Shown: positions 40,601 through 49,717 of the stretch, piece after piece
How the letters are laid out: every line of letters begins with the position of its first letter
How positions within the stretch are numbered: the stretch's first letter is position 1
Source: a virus
Taxonomy: Duplodnaviria; Caudoviricetes
IMG/VR virus record: IMGVR_UViG_2700989099_000001
Coordinates: 64,547-128,546 of that record
Direction: 5' to 3' (one strand)
DNA: 64,000 nt
Position numbers and translations under genes: made by a program
Notes under the pieces: model-generated
The model's database searches: none
The model's input: only the letters and a program-made list of their open reading frames with translations
Told to the model about the DNA's origin: nothing

Positions 40601-43600
40601 GAGAGGGTTTTTGAAAGTTTCTCTTGGATATTCGAAATTTCTAAAGAGTCTAAAGCTATTTGTTCAGAGTTTTTACCACCTTCATCGATACCGCCTTTGA
40701 CGAAAGCTTTATACCTTTTCATTTTTTCTTGTAACTCATCAATTTTTTTGATTTGTTTATCATAATCATCGGCATTTTTGTTTACATCAACTTTGAACTT
40801 TTTATCATTTTCTTTCAATCTTTCGGCATTCAATTTAGCAGTAGCTTCTGCTTCTTTTTTAATAGCTTCTGTTGATTTCAAATGGGCTTTACCATTAGCA
40901 TCTGTATATGCTATTGCATTTGGTAAAATATTTGCAAGTTCTTTTACAGTATTATTATATTCTTCTTCTTGTTTTGAGTCTAACTTACCAGCTTCTTTGA
41001 CTTTGTTTAGTTTATCATATTTAGTAATAATATCATCAAAGTTGTTTCCATATTTATTAAATTGTTCTACAGATTTATCTATATTAGAATTGTATTGACT
41101 TACTAAATCGTCTTGATGTTTTTTAGCTTTAATTATCTTTTCTGTAACAAAACCAATACCAGCCATTAGAGCTGTTAAACCTAACGTTACACCTGCTGTT
41201 GAGGTAGCGAAGGTTAACATTGCGGAGCTAATACCTGAGAGTGTACCTTTAGTCACCATTAATGAAGTTGATAAGAATCCTTGTGCAGTCCCAAGTCCTT
41301 TTGTTGCCGTTTGGGCTGTTTGCATTTCAGAAACTGTTTTCTTGAATGAACCATTAAAACTGTCAAATATTTTTGTGAATCCAAGATTCTCTGAGATTCC
41401 CATTGCTAATAATTTTACTTCATCTCCGAAATATCCAAGAGAATTTGTTGCATCGACACTTTTTTTAGCTACGTTAGAAAGATTCTTTCCAAGTCCTCCA
41501 AAAGTAGCACCCAATAACGTGACAGTTCCAAGCATTGCTGGTAATGCACCAATATTCCCAACTAATTTAACCGCAACATCTCCTAGTTTTGCCAGAGAGT
41601 CTATTCCTACCATCATTCCATCGGATAAGAACGCTTTTCCAATAGCTAGAGATAATTCAGTAAAGCGAGTTTTTAATGCATTTATTTTCGCTTCATAAGA
41701 CTGCATATAAATTCCTTGTTCCTTCATTGCTGAATTACTAGAATTTATACCTGCATTTGTAGCGTCAAGACCCATTTGCCAGTTGTTCATGTAGGCTAAG
41801 AAACGAGACAATTGGTTACGACCAGCAATTGTAACACCAATATTTTGTTGCTGTTCTGCTGTAAGACCTTTCCATTTTCCTGCTAATTCACCCAAGATAT
41901 CGTTAACAGGTTTCATTTCTATTCCGTTTTCGCCCATCTTGCGAACAGAAACTCCTACACTATCTAAAATATCAATAGATGGTTGCATAGTTGTAATACG
42001 AGAATATATTGTCTTAAGTGCATTACCAATTATAGCACCTGATTCTTGAGTAACTGCACCAATAGCGGTTGTTGCCCCAGCTACCTCTTCCATTGAAACA
42101 CCGAATGTTTGGGCTGTTGCACCTGTTTTTGATAAAGATTCTGCTAATTGTTTAGTTGATATTGAATAATTATTATCAATCTCATTCAAAGCATCTACAA
42201 TATGTAGAGATTCCTCTGCCGATATGTTAAAAGCATTCATCGTTCCGACTAAACTAGATACTGATTCATCAAGTTTAAGGTCAGATACATTTGACATAAT
42301 TACTGCTGTTTTTGTTACAGTCAATAATTGTTGTTCTGATAAGCTATCAAATGTACGTGAATATTCACCTAATGCATCAAGAATATCATGAACGTTATTT
42401 CCAAGTTCCTTAGATTGTGCTAAAGCACCAGTTAGAAGATTGTCTGTATTAATTCCTGCACCAGCAACACGTTGGATTTCAATCATTTGCTTATTGATTT
42501 CCATTATTTCATTACTGACACCTTTAAAACCATTAACAACAGCATAGATTCCTTGCATAGATAAGATATAGCCAGGGATGCGCTTCATTGCAATTCCCAT
42601 TTGTTCCATAAATCCCAATGATTTATTTTCATTGTCAACAATGGCTTTTCCAGTTTCTTTAACAGCCATTTGAGTTGCTGTTTGGGATTTATTCATTTGG
42701 AAAGTATAGGCTTCTACAGTTTTTCCTGTTCCAGCCATTTTAACTTTTACTTCATTTACAGCTTGTCCAAATTGATTTGTTTTTTCTGTTACCGAAATAG
42801 TGTTAACTTCGCCTTGTTTTAATTCTCCAAAATATCTCTTTAAAGCAGAAGTGTCAACTGTTCCACCATTTAAAGCCCCAAAAATTCCACTTTGAATATT
42901 CTTTAGTTTAGGGTTACTAGCACTAGCACTTATCAACTCAAAGTTACGAATCATATCTTTTTGGTCACGTTTTGCTTCATCTAACTCCAATGATAAAGTC
43001 CGACCTAGTTGTTTTACTGCTTCGATAGATGTTTTTGATGCCGTACCTAATTGGTCAATAGCACTGCTTGCTTCTCCGTCACCATATTTTCCGATATCTT
43101 TTAAACTTTGAATCAATTTCTCTACAGCACGCTGTTGTTGAGCCATACTAGTAACTGCACTTGAGTTACTAGAAGCCATTTGAATTTCTTTAAGAGAAAG
43201 TTGTGCCGTTTTTAATTTCATAATAGATTCTGTTAAATCTTTTACGCTATTAGATTGATTCTTGGTCGCATTTATTTGACCAATAATATCACTTGTACGA
43301 TTCATTGCTTGCTGTTGATTTGCACCGCCTGACATATTATTTCTAATACGATTATATTGCGCCTCTGTTTCCTGCAATGATTTAATGAGTTTTTCACGAG
43401 TTCTGAATACTTGTTCATCACTCTTGTATTGTGCTTGTAATGCTTTAAATTTTGAAGATGTCGCATCTAACTGATGTGAATCCATACCTTTTAGATTTGC
43501 ACCAAGTTTCTGAATTTCTGTCGATGCCTTAGAAATATCTGGAATCATTGATGATACTGTTTGGTTCAAACTTCTTTGTAAAGCTTCACGTTTTTGTTGA

Positions 43601-44517
43601 GCAACTACAAGTTCTTTTTCAGCTCTAATAGCTTTATTAAGACTTTCAATTTCCCCAGTAGAGATGAATTTTTGGTCTTTAAGTTTGTCAAACATACCAA
43701 CTGAATTAGAATCTTTAAGGTTTGTTCTTAGAACTTTAACAGTTTCACTAAGAGATTCCATTTGTCTACGAGCTTTATTTGTTTGAGCTTCCATCTTATT
43801 GACTTCTGACTCTTTCATTAACTCAAATCCACCAGTATCTTTGAGTTTAAACATAGCTGTATACATTTCGCCAGTTTCTCTTTTGACTGTAGCTGACATT
43901 GTTTCTACATTTGTTGCATAATCACGAAATACTTTGGTAGAAAATTCCCCACCACCGAAAGCTTCCGTCATATATTTTTTAACATCTGAAAGGTTGTTCT
44001 TAATGTTAGCTGTAGCCTTATCACTCATGATATTGCCAGATTCACTGTCAGAAACTGCTTTTACTTTTTTTAGAGCTGTTGCATAGTCTTTTTCAAAATC
44101 ATTAATAATCTTTTTGATTTTACCAAGCTCACCTGCAATACGAAGAGCAGAGCCATTAACGTCAACATCAACGTCTAACTTGATAGGTCTAATGCTAGGA
44201 GACTTCTGAATCTTTGCTTGAATTTGTTGAATTTGATTGCTAAGGTTTTTAATAGAGCTATCAATAGTAACATCAAGTTTAATAGCATTTTGAATTGAAG
44301 AAGAATTATTAATTTTGTTTTGTAATTCTTTGAGTTTAGCATTGATATCTTTGATATTATCTGTTAACTCTACACCAATTTTAATAGAGAGGTCTTTATT
44401 TCCATTAATTAAAGACTGTAGTCCTTTTTTGATTTCTTCTGCCGAACGTTGTTTGTCTATACCAACAGCAATATCTATTTTGTTGGATTTTAATATTGCT
44501 TGTAATTGATTTGCCAA
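34690..44517 (-). CDS. Tape measure protein with lytic transglycosylase and LysM domains
   Basis: 3275 aa, helical; TP901-type core; QTESGGNP..KGLMQ (SLT); HTVVRGDTLW (LysM). Confidence 0.92.
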   Translation of the reverse strand: MANQLQAILKSNKIDIAVGIDKQRSAEEIKKGLQSLINGNKDLSIKIGVELTDNIKDINAKLKELQNKINNSSSIQNAIKLDVTIDSSIKNLSNQIQQIQAKIQKSPSIRPIKLDVDVDVNGSALRIAGELGKIKKIINDFEKDYATALKKVKAVSDSESGNIMSDKATANIKNNLSDVKKYMTEAFGGGEFSTKVFRDYATNVETMSATVKRETGEMYTAMFKLKDTGGFELMKESEVNKMEAQTNKARRQMESLSETVKVLRTNLKDSNSVGMFDKLKDQKFISTGEIESLNKAIRAEKELVVAQQKREALQRSLNQTVSSMIPDISKASTEIQKLGANLKGMDSHQLDATSSKFKALQAQYKSDEQVFRTREKLIKSLQETEAQYNRIRNNMSGGANQQQAMNRTSDIIGQINATKNQSNSVKDLTESIMKLKTAQLSLKEIQMASSNSSAVTSMAQQQRAVEKLIQSLKDIGKYGDGEASSAIDQLGTASKTSIEAVKQLGRTLSLELDEAKRDQKDMIRNFELISASASNPKLKNIQSGIFGALNGGTVDTSALKRYFGELKQGEVNTISVTEKTNQFGQAVNEVKVKMAGTGKTVEAYTFQMNKSQTATQMAVKETGKAIVDNENKSLGFMEQMGIAMKRIPGYILSMQGIYAVVNGFKGVSNEIMEINKQMIEIQRVAGAGINTDNLLTGALAQSKELGNNVHDILDALGEYSRTFDSLSEQQLLTVTKTAVIMSNVSDLKLDESVSSLVGTMNAFNISAEESLHIVDALNEIDNNYSISTKQLAESLSKTGATAQTFGVSMEEVAGATTAIGAVTQESGAIIGNALKTIYSRITTMQPSIDILDSVGVSVRKMGENGIEMKPVNDILGELAGKWKGLTAEQQQNIGVTIAGRNQLSRFLAYMNNWQMGLDATNAGINSSNSAMKEQGIYMQSYEAKINALKTRFTELSLAIGKAFLSDGMMVGIDSLAKLGDVAVKLVGNIGALPAMLGTVTLLGATFGGLGKNLSNVAKKSVDATNSLGYFGDEVKLLAMGISENLGFTKIFDSFNGSFKKTVSEMQTAQTATKGLGTAQGFLSTSLMVTKGTLSGISSAMLTFATSTAGVTLGLTALMAGIGFVTEKIIKAKKHQDDLVSQYNSNIDKSVEQFNKYGNNFDDIITKYDKLNKVKEAGKLDSKQEEEYNNTVKELANILPNAIAYTDANGKAHLKSTEAIKKEAEATAKLNAERLKENDKKFKVDVNKNADDYDKQIKKIDELQEKMKRYKAFVKGGIDEGGKNSEQIALDSLEISNIQEKLSKTLSDNATHISENTQAWLNADGKMKNVTESGKSLIDMYAKTNQYAIDSKEVTENYAKSQETLSDKTKKVGEALTVAYDQLQAIGGEGSKKAIELFDSITGSFSETAKKSKDFPNQIKAVSTAIAEMSSNSKDFIPQDFVTRLENLGMSENQAKEMTIKLGTELENQKIKAMVAKEEMTSYTDEITNMTTATYEAIDGQKKLLNLADGEYEDISSKLDYISSIKKINGSIFNSSAEVQQYIADISAKTGIASSQIKDKTVEITEAYEAVAGKTKGDLAELANMTPEALKETFKGMSDGGMALLQSMLGYVRQGVFDVNDQLMFALKGNKEQVDQHTADLKKSFEELQKAPNDTNVENNFFNGMQENLNQLQNQLVITKDKSGKFVKEFKTLDGSKSTYLDELNRQIQIYGDKLQIVTDKTTGAMSIGYVDAQNNVRTLYDLSRGASEYGKEVDKAQVATGFLIDNFNKMQQAPQDANGLTQWLTGVSNQYESIGGHIELAKDQQGKLAFALDSKGTQNAWLVELNRQVQALGGQIVQTGNEVDGFTYKVNINGQEHTLFTTAGTQADNAKGKIDGAKDSADKLHDSAGKTTEGKVAVDSSSVDEAQRKTNTLQQSDGKTVTVKAQGDTIGLLPITNTINEITQKAETPIAFKTTVLPVDLDNLTQAETLVDSLQDKSGTLSRLVDSIGNQTGTTGNLLDTNVLGKSPLVQTLAGQLADIAKRAGEASTAIDIIKSKAGSISFSVQGSFDLPDDFAKRVDEIIAQSTRMKNAVSGDMGYIKGVLSSSLRIGNIDTSSLDNLRNQVQTKMNQVAGILSSFGGMVANAVAQANAQMVFDASSLINYQNTSVSVVQSLTGIWNTVRQTLPSIISQTTSSMIGNWNSGTQNIVSRAEWTKQNVVREIQQMGASSVSAVNNMSTSMQHALRVGTAGLYGIASTIPAQIGKGISDNMSSASSPIQRLADDMVTKFKSALGIHSPSRVFEQLGGYVIAGLSNGLTGGNLKDLGKTVFKDFGGGVFDTMDKIKAYVSGDFSSMASAFGGGSGGVAGAGVQQWAGVASQALMMTGQFTPQNLQALMYQMQTESGGNPMAINGWDVNAINGTPSKGLMQVIDPTFQANKMPGYNNIYAPLDNILASIRYALGSYGSLARAYQGHGYYNGGFVDTPELAWHGEEGEEAIIPLIPQRRDRGIDLWLQTAQKLGLGSLFGIKGTNGMGALGGGFAGSEGESGSSSSSEGGAGTYVPSITPAIQTMQEFIPMFGESAGSSLDALYKRDTAGLKIDQTQTKIDKSEAVLKRLIENTVAYRNQLLGIQNLNKNLLSQQQAQYQAMIRRQNAIAKELEGLRKTNKHTESQRKRYNELQQEYDTNSGNLWKLETQIENLNNEVRQSNIDIYLDYIADIGNNWDKTISSIQKAKDALSFQNEKLQYTNPNDVGQQLKIQYDMIEQQQKLELTYKNQVAKYQAEYNNASKKYGASSKQAIEMQKMLEDAQKNYNSAVLDTLKEQKAVADAREKVAQDEVSSLKNYYKQMQTLSKQSTEKELENLKTAHDAKIKSYDDEISKINEVYDAKVKERDSEKAEETYAKKMEDFNAKRADFMQKISLASRDNSLEGKKALADLQKQLTDLNKDITDAQLERQDTLWKEQLDKQKQEQLDQVDKNKNNENTNYDNNVSEINDKSKQIQDYYDKLINDDASWKNAVDKWNKGDTSVLTQMMNDMQDELSKLMSGDGKGIMGTENLSPDDIKSIVGDNLTDVSNIWLGIKDQLTELNSINKNLDNLNASQQKGNNVNNPNYTTRGTSSDVAHRDVTPYLPPERKPATPAKPKGVKATHTVVRGDTLWDLAKKYYGDYYQWTKIQKANGNLNPYTVPVGKKLLIPFDTGGYTGDWFGNEGRVAMLHKKEMVLNKNQTSDILKTVSIVDKTKNQLNDLVKSMQASKAGSSLVVGDMQFNFENYRGDKDGAIRFADEVMDRLKSRR

Positions 44518-44534
44518 GTTTTACTCTCCTTTAA

Positions 44535-45527
44535 TTAAAATAATGCGTCTATCTCATCTTCATCATCTCTTACGATATATATTTCTGTTGTGCTAGACGA
44601 ATTATGTCCTAGTAATTGTTGAACGGCTTTGATGTCCTTTCCATCCTCAACAACACTGTTAGTTGCCCTAGAACTTCTAAGTAAGTGAGGATGAACTTTT
44701 TTACCGAGGAATTTACCCCATTGTGTACACCAAGCGTTAAACATGTCTGGTGAAATTTGTTTATATTCACCTGTTTCTTTAGAGCGAGAAACGAACATGT
44801 ATTCACAATCATCTTCTCCACGTTCCTCAATCCATTTTTGAAGAGCAACCATTGCATCTTCACCGAATTGGAATTTTCTTATTTTTCCTGCCTTACCACG
44901 ACCCTTAGCACGTATACTGTGGGTCATATAATAGTTTTTCTCAATCCCTTTAGGGTTGACATACTTATTGTATCCAACTACTTCTTTCTTAAGCTGACGT
45001 GACTCTTCCCGTCTACAGCCAGTTTGATAAGTGTAAGTAAGATAGGCTAATTGTTGCCATCTTTTATTGTCCATTAAGTGTTGAGTTAATTTTTTAATCT
45101 CAGCACTTGTTAATGGAACTTTTTCTTTTTTCTTCTGATTACCAACATTAGGAACAGCTTTTGTAAATATGTTCCGTACATTAGGATACTCATCAGACCA
45201 GAATGCTTCAATATGTAAGTAGAATGCACTCACAACACTTCGTTTAAATTTAATAGCTGAGTCACTAAGACCAATATCTACTAATTTATTTTGATATCGC
45301 ATTGCATCACGAATTTTTAATTCTGTAACAGGTTTATTACCTAGTTCGTCATAAACAAACTTACAAAAGATATATAGACCAGATTTATATTGTTTCAAAG
45401 TCTGGTCACTCTTTTGTGATTGTCGTAAGAAATCTTCTACCAATTCAACTGTGATAGGGTCTGCGAGTTTCTTAAATTCCTCATCTGAGAAACCAAGAAT
45501 CTTTGCATTTTTTTCGTAAAGCTTCAT
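44535..45527 (-). CDS. Tyrosine recombinase/integrase (XerC/D-like)
   Basis: TGCRREE, KGRG, HPHLLR, LLGH, TTEIY: full catalytic set. Confidence 0.92.
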   Translation of the reverse strand: MKLYEKNAKILGFSDEEFKKLADPITVELVEDFLRQSQKSDQTLKQYKSGLYIFCKFVYDELGNKPVTELKIRDAMRYQNKLVDIGLSDSAIKFKRSVVSAFYLHIEAFWSDEYPNVRNIFTKAVPNVGNQKKKEKVPLTSAEIKKLTQHLMDNKRWQQLAYLTYTYQTGCRREESRQLKKEVVGYNKYVNPKGIEKNYYMTHSIRAKGRGKAGKIRKFQFGEDAMVALQKWIEERGEDDCEYMFVSRSKETGEYKQISPDMFNAWCTQWGKFLGKKVHPHLLRSSRATNSVVEDGKDIKAVQQLLGHNSSSTTEIYIVRDDEDEIDALF

Positions 45528-46006
45528 TGTTTACCACCAGTCCATTTTATTTCTAATTTTATATTATCAGGTAAAGCTCTGCCTATTTCAGACTCAACTC
45601 TCTCTATGATATGCAACGGTGGTGAATAGGCAAACCTGTCAGGTTTAGCACCAAAAGAACCCCAACCATCATTCATTGCCATAAATACGTTACGCTTAGT
45701 TCCACCTTTGTTAAAATCATATTGTCTCATATAACTGTCTTCAAATTGAACGCTGACTTCAAGAGTACCATCATGTTTTAAAGCAACCTTTCTATCAAGT
45801 TTGATACCTTGACGTGTTCTGCCTGTTCTGACATATTGCTTTGGGGTATATGAATGAAGGTACTCATCCCATTTACTAAGGAATGATTTATGTAAGTCTT
45901 GACCTAGTTTATCTAATTCTTTTTTGTAATATTTTTTGGCTTCATCTTCAAGTTCTCTTTTTAAGGATTCTACAACTTTATTAGCCCAAACATCAATATT
46001 TTCCAT
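45524..46006 (-). CDS. Hypothetical tail-region protein
   Basis: YTPKQYVRTG motif; start chosen by RBS GGAG. Confidence 0.7.
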   Translation of the reverse strand: MENIDVWANKVVESLKRELEDEAKKYYKKELDKLGQDLHKSFLSKWDEYLHSYTPKQYVRTGRTRQGIKLDRKVALKHDGTLEVSVQFEDSYMRQYDFNKGGTKRNVFMAMNDGWGSFGAKPDRFAYSPPLHIIERVESEIGRALPDNIKLEIKWTGGKQ

Positions 46007-46101
46007 TCTTACACTCCAAAACAAAAAAATGATTGAACTAAAAATCCAACCATTTTTTTCATTAATCTTTCACTATAAATGTTAGTTATTTAGTGGTTAT
46101 C

Positions 46102-46719
46102 TTATTTTTTATTGTCTTTTTCAATTTTTTCAATTTGCAAACGAAGTTCTTCTGTTTTTTTAGTAATTTCATCTGTTTCACGAGAAATTTTATCTGTAAT
46201 TTCCTTAACCAAAGACTGTAGGGACTCAGGAAGATTTTCAGTAATATCATTGAAAATTCCAACATCCATTAAGTCAATTAAGAAGTTTTGTTTATCTTCA
46301 ATTGTTTCACCGACTTCAAAATCAGAGAATACAGCAAGAATGTCTACGACCGCAAATGAACCTGCAATAATGTCAAACTCATTTTTGAATCCTTCGTTTT
46401 GTTTATATAGCTCCATGATGAGACCATCTTTATTTTCATCTTCTGAAAGAAAATATGAAATAGTTTTTCTAATCTTAGTCTCAATTTCTGCTTTTTTACT
46501 TTCAGTTGGTATAGTATCAATATTATAGTAGAACTCTTCACCGTCAATCGTAACTCCAACTTTCATAATTCCACGAGACTTTTTAATCTTCGCTTGAATC
46601 TGAGCAGGGGTTAAATGTTTGGCTGTTTCTTTTTTAGCTGTAGTTTTGGTAGTTTTAGCCTTAGTAGTTTTTTTAGGTTTTTCCTCTTGTGTGATATCAA
46701 CGATTTTTTTATCTGTCAA
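46102..46719 (-). CDS. Hypothetical protein, possible tail assembly chaperone
   Basis: Position between major tail and TMP; TTG start with RBS AAGGAG. Confidence 0.6.
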   Translation of the reverse strand: MTDKKIVDITQEEKPKKTTKAKTTKTTAKKETAKHLTPAQIQAKIKKSRGIMKVGVTIDGEEFYYNIDTIPTESKKAEIETKIRKTISYFLSEDENKDGLIMELYKQNEGFKNEFDIIAGSFAVVDILAVFSDFEVGETIEDKQNFLIDLMDVGIFNDITENLPESLQSLVKEITDKISRETDEITKKTEELRLQIEKIEKDNKK

Positions 46720-46751
46720 AGTGATTTCTCCTTTAATTCTTTCTTAATACT

Positions 46752-46783
46752 ATTATATCATAAAATGAGAAGAAACGCAAGTG
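46752..46783 (-). promoter_or_regulatory. Promoter upstream of the recombinase/TMP block
   Basis: Minus strand CAC-TTGCGT-17-TATAAT with TG. Confidence 0.75.
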
Positions 46784-46787
46784 TAAA

Positions 46788-47165
46788 CTATGCACTTCCC
46801 TCATTTCCTTTTAACTGGGATTCTAATTCCTTTATTCTTTTCTTTAAATATCTGTTCTCTTTGGTTAATATTTCAATCTTATCAGCTAATTCCTTTTCCA
46901 TCCTGTCTTTTTCAGCAATGATTTGAGTCTTATCATACCTTATCGTCATGTTGTCATTCTTTAGGATTTCATTCTCTTTTTCAATCTTATCAACCCTCTC
47001 TACCAAATGGTTGTATCTTTCATCTGATAAGTTTATTTGAGCTGTCATTTTATCTATCAAACCATGCTCAGCCGTCTTTCTTGAATTGAACTGATTAAAT
47101 AATAACCCTAAGAGTGCAACACCACCTGCACCACCAGCCCACTGTAATATATCAATCAGTTTCAT
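46788..47165 (-). CDS. Membrane-anchored coiled-coil protein
   Basis: WAGGAGGVALLGLLF then long coiled coil. Confidence 0.65.
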   Translation of the reverse strand: MKLIDILQWAGGAGGVALLGLLFNQFNSRKTAEHGLIDKMTAQINLSDERYNHLVERVDKIEKENEILKNDNMTIRYDKTQIIAEKDRMEKELADKIEILTKENRYLKKRIKELESQLKGNEGSA

Positions 47166-47571
47166 ATAGGAACACACTCGCTTTCATCATATATATTAAT
47201 TGAACAATTATAGGTATGATTAGTATATGTTTTACATTTGGTGTTTGTGATAGTCCTAAAATTAATTGGTTAAGGTATATCCAGACCCAAACAACGGTAA
47301 GCAAAAATACTACTTTTCTATATGTCTGTGTTTTATTAATATACACAATGGCGAGAACTCCTAAAGATATAAAAAGAAGAGAAAAAAGAATGTCAAAGCT
47401 TTTATTCTCGGAAAAAGTAATAACAACTATCTTTGTTTTACCAAAGTCTTTCAGGAGACTAATTATTCCAACCGCTATGGTAACGAATGAAACTGTCCAA
47501 TTAAACATCATTAAACTTTTAATCTTTGAATCTCTATATGCTTTAATAATTTTGAGAAAATCGTCATTCAT
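47152..47571 (-). CDS. Integral membrane protein (about 4 TM)
   Basis: Four hydrophobic segments; RBS AGGAGG. Confidence 0.75.
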   Translation of the reverse strand: MNDDFLKIIKAYRDSKIKSLMMFNWTVSFVTIAVGIISLLKDFGKTKIVVITFSENKSFDILFSLLFISLGVLAIVYINKTQTYRKVVFLLTVVWVWIYLNQLILGLSQTPNVKHILIIPIIVQLIYMMKASVFLYETD

Positions 47572-47589
47572 GTCTTCCTCCTTTCATAC

Positions 47590-47625
47590 AAAAAAAAGAC
47601 TGAGCTACTTAACAGCCCAGTCCTT
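47590..47625 (-). terminator. Terminator after major tail gene
   Basis: Minus strand GGACTGGGCT..AGCTCAGTCT then T-run. Confidence 0.75.
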
Positions 47626-47642
47626 ATGTAGCGTATTATCTA

Positions 47643-48344
47643 TTAGACAATAGTGAGAGAGTACAAGTCAGTTGATTCACCGTCACGAAGAATGTCAAGG
47701 TTGAAGTCGAATGTAGAAACGTTTTCAGCATCCATTGTGAATGTGAAACCAGCTTGAAGTTGTGCTTTAGGGATAAGGAATTGTGCAACACGGTCTTTAC
47801 CAGTAGTGTTATCACGTACAACTGTATCACCAATTATACGGTAAGCGCCAGGGAATTTATCAGATACGAATTTAACTGTTTTAGCAGAAATAGGGGCTTT
47901 GTATTCGTAATATGCTGAAAGTTTTTCACCAGTCAATCCTGAAACTGCAACATCTGTAATTGTAGCACCAGTTACTTCTTTACCTTCACCGTCAACGATT
48001 GTTACTTTGGTGCTATCAACTGGTTTTTCATCCAAAGTTGCTTCTCCGTCAGAAACAACAAGTTTTTGACGTTTATACAAAGTTGTACCAGCTACAACTT
48101 CTGTACCAGCAAGGACAGCCATTGATTCTACTGAAAGCAATGCATCTTGCATTTGAAGTGTTGCTGTACGAGAGTAGTTCCAAGTGATAAGTTTTGAGTT
48201 ACCACGACCACCAGTCGCATCAGCTGTTTCAGCCGCATTTTCAATACTTGAAGTTTTCAAAGTATCGAAGAACAATACTGGTTTCCCAGTTGCGATATCG
48301 AAAAAGATTACGTCAGCGACTTCTTTAATACCAAATTTACTCAT
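47643..48344 (-). CDS. Major tail protein
   Basis: MSKFGIKEV..LKTS..GGRGN..KFPGAY; optimal codon usage; position. Confidence 0.8.
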   Translation of the reverse strand: MSKFGIKEVADVIFFDIATGKPVLFFDTLKTSSIENAAETADATGGRGNSKLITWNYSRTATLQMQDALLSVESMAVLAGTEVVAGTTLYKRQKLVVSDGEATLDEKPVDSTKVTIVDGEGKEVTGATITDVAVSGLTGEKLSAYYEYKAPISAKTVKFVSDKFPGAYRIIGDTVVRDNTTGKDRVAQFLIPKAQLQAGFTFTMDAENVSTFDFNLDILRDGESTDLYSLTIV

Positions 48345-48363
48345 TATTTAGTTCCTCCTAGGG

Positions 48364-49137
48364 TTATTGGGGTGCTCCCCAATCTGAAATTTCATTACCG
48401 CCATACATTGATGCTTTGACAGACATTTTATATCCTTCAATTGCATATAGGCGAGAATGTTCATCATATAATTGATAGAGAGTATATTCTAAAACATTAA
48501 GTTTATTTGTTGAAGGACTCATTGCAGTTACAGCACTAATAATATCCGCAATGTCACGGCTACTATCGGCTTTTTCTTTTGCTTTGATTTGTTCAACTTT
48601 TTCTCTGTTTCTTCTAAGTTTCTCTAACATTTTTTTTGCTTTCTCATCGTAAGGGTTAAAATCATCATCAGTTTTGCTTTCTGCAAACCCATTGATAACT
48701 TTAACTTTACTCATGATTATGGAGAAAGTTTCTTTATCTATAAGTTTAACGTCTTCATCGGACGAGAGATTTTTATATAATAATCTATCGTACTCTACCT
48801 CGATAGACCCTTCTGGCAAGCCAAGGACAAACTCTAGTGAGCTTGTAAAAATTTTTTTATACTCATCATCAGTACAAACCATTAATTGCATATCAAGAGC
48901 GGTTAATTGATTACGCTGTTGATATAAATCCATATAATTAGGTGAGTCAATAAACATTTTCATAAAATCATCAACATCTCTGAGGATATTGCTAACACGA
49001 AACAAATACTCACCAAATCCAATATTAGAAATTTCTTTGAGTTTAAATTGTTTCAGGGATAAAAAATCGTTGACTCTAATACTATTTCCTAATATTAAAT
49101 TTAGTTTATCATCTACTTGAATCAACTTTATCACCAC
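48364..49137 (-). CDS. Hypothetical morphogenesis protein
   Basis: ORF in head-tail operon. Confidence 0.7.
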   Translation of the reverse strand: MVIKLIQVDDKLNLILGNSIRVNDFLSLKQFKLKEISNIGFGEYLFRVSNILRDVDDFMKMFIDSPNYMDLYQQRNQLTALDMQLMVCTDDEYKKIFTSSLEFVLGLPEGSIEVEYDRLLYKNLSSDEDVKLIDKETFSIIMSKVKVINGFAESKTDDDFNPYDEKAKKMLEKLRRNREKVEQIKAKEKADSSRDIADIISAVTAMSPSTNKLNVLEYTLYQLYDEHSRLYAIEGYKMSVKASMYGGNEISDWGAPQ

Positions 49138-49717
49138 CCTTTTCGATAGCGAGCGTATCTAAGTAAACTCTTATACATTCGAATTTGCTATTTACTGTAA
49201 GATGTGTAAAGCCAATTGGTACAGGTAGTTTATCTACTCTTTCTTTTGTTAAAACTTGATTAATTCTGTTCATTAAACCATAGGGTCTAATTATTTTAAC
49301 TTTTGATTTAGAGTCAGAAGTTAACCACATATCGTGCGAACAAATTATATCTAAGTTTAATTGACTCTTAGAGTAAATTTCATCTTTACCTAACGTACCA
49401 TCTGAAAAATATATGCGAACAAAAATCCCTTCGGATATTGCAGGTTCTGGGTCAAATGGGTAAGCTTTGATTTTTTGATTATCATCTTTATCTTTGATAA
49501 TAAGTCCATTTTCAAAGATTTCTTTTGCCTTCGCATCAAGAGGTCTCCCTAAAGCTTTAGCATCTTTAAAATATAATAGCTTAAAGATATCTTCATCTTC
49601 TTTGAGAGCATCCATAATACGAACAATGGCTGTACTCATTTTATCAATTGTATATGCTTGGATTTCAGCTTCTTCATCCAACATCATTTGATAATTTTTA
49701 GTAGGCATTCCCATCAC
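49109..49717 (-). CDS. Putative head-tail/tail completion protein
   Basis: Position, overlapping operon. Confidence 0.6.
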   Translation of the reverse strand: MMGMPTKNYQMMLDEEAEIQAYTIDKMSTAIVRIMDALKEDEDIFKLLYFKDAKALGRPLDAKAKEIFENGLIIKDKDDNQKIKAYPFDPEPAISEGIFVRIYFSDGTLGKDEIYSKSQLNLDIICSHDMWLTSDSKSKVKIIRPYGLMNRINQVLTKERVDKLPVPIGFTHLTVNSKFECIRVYLDTLAIEKGGDKVDSSR

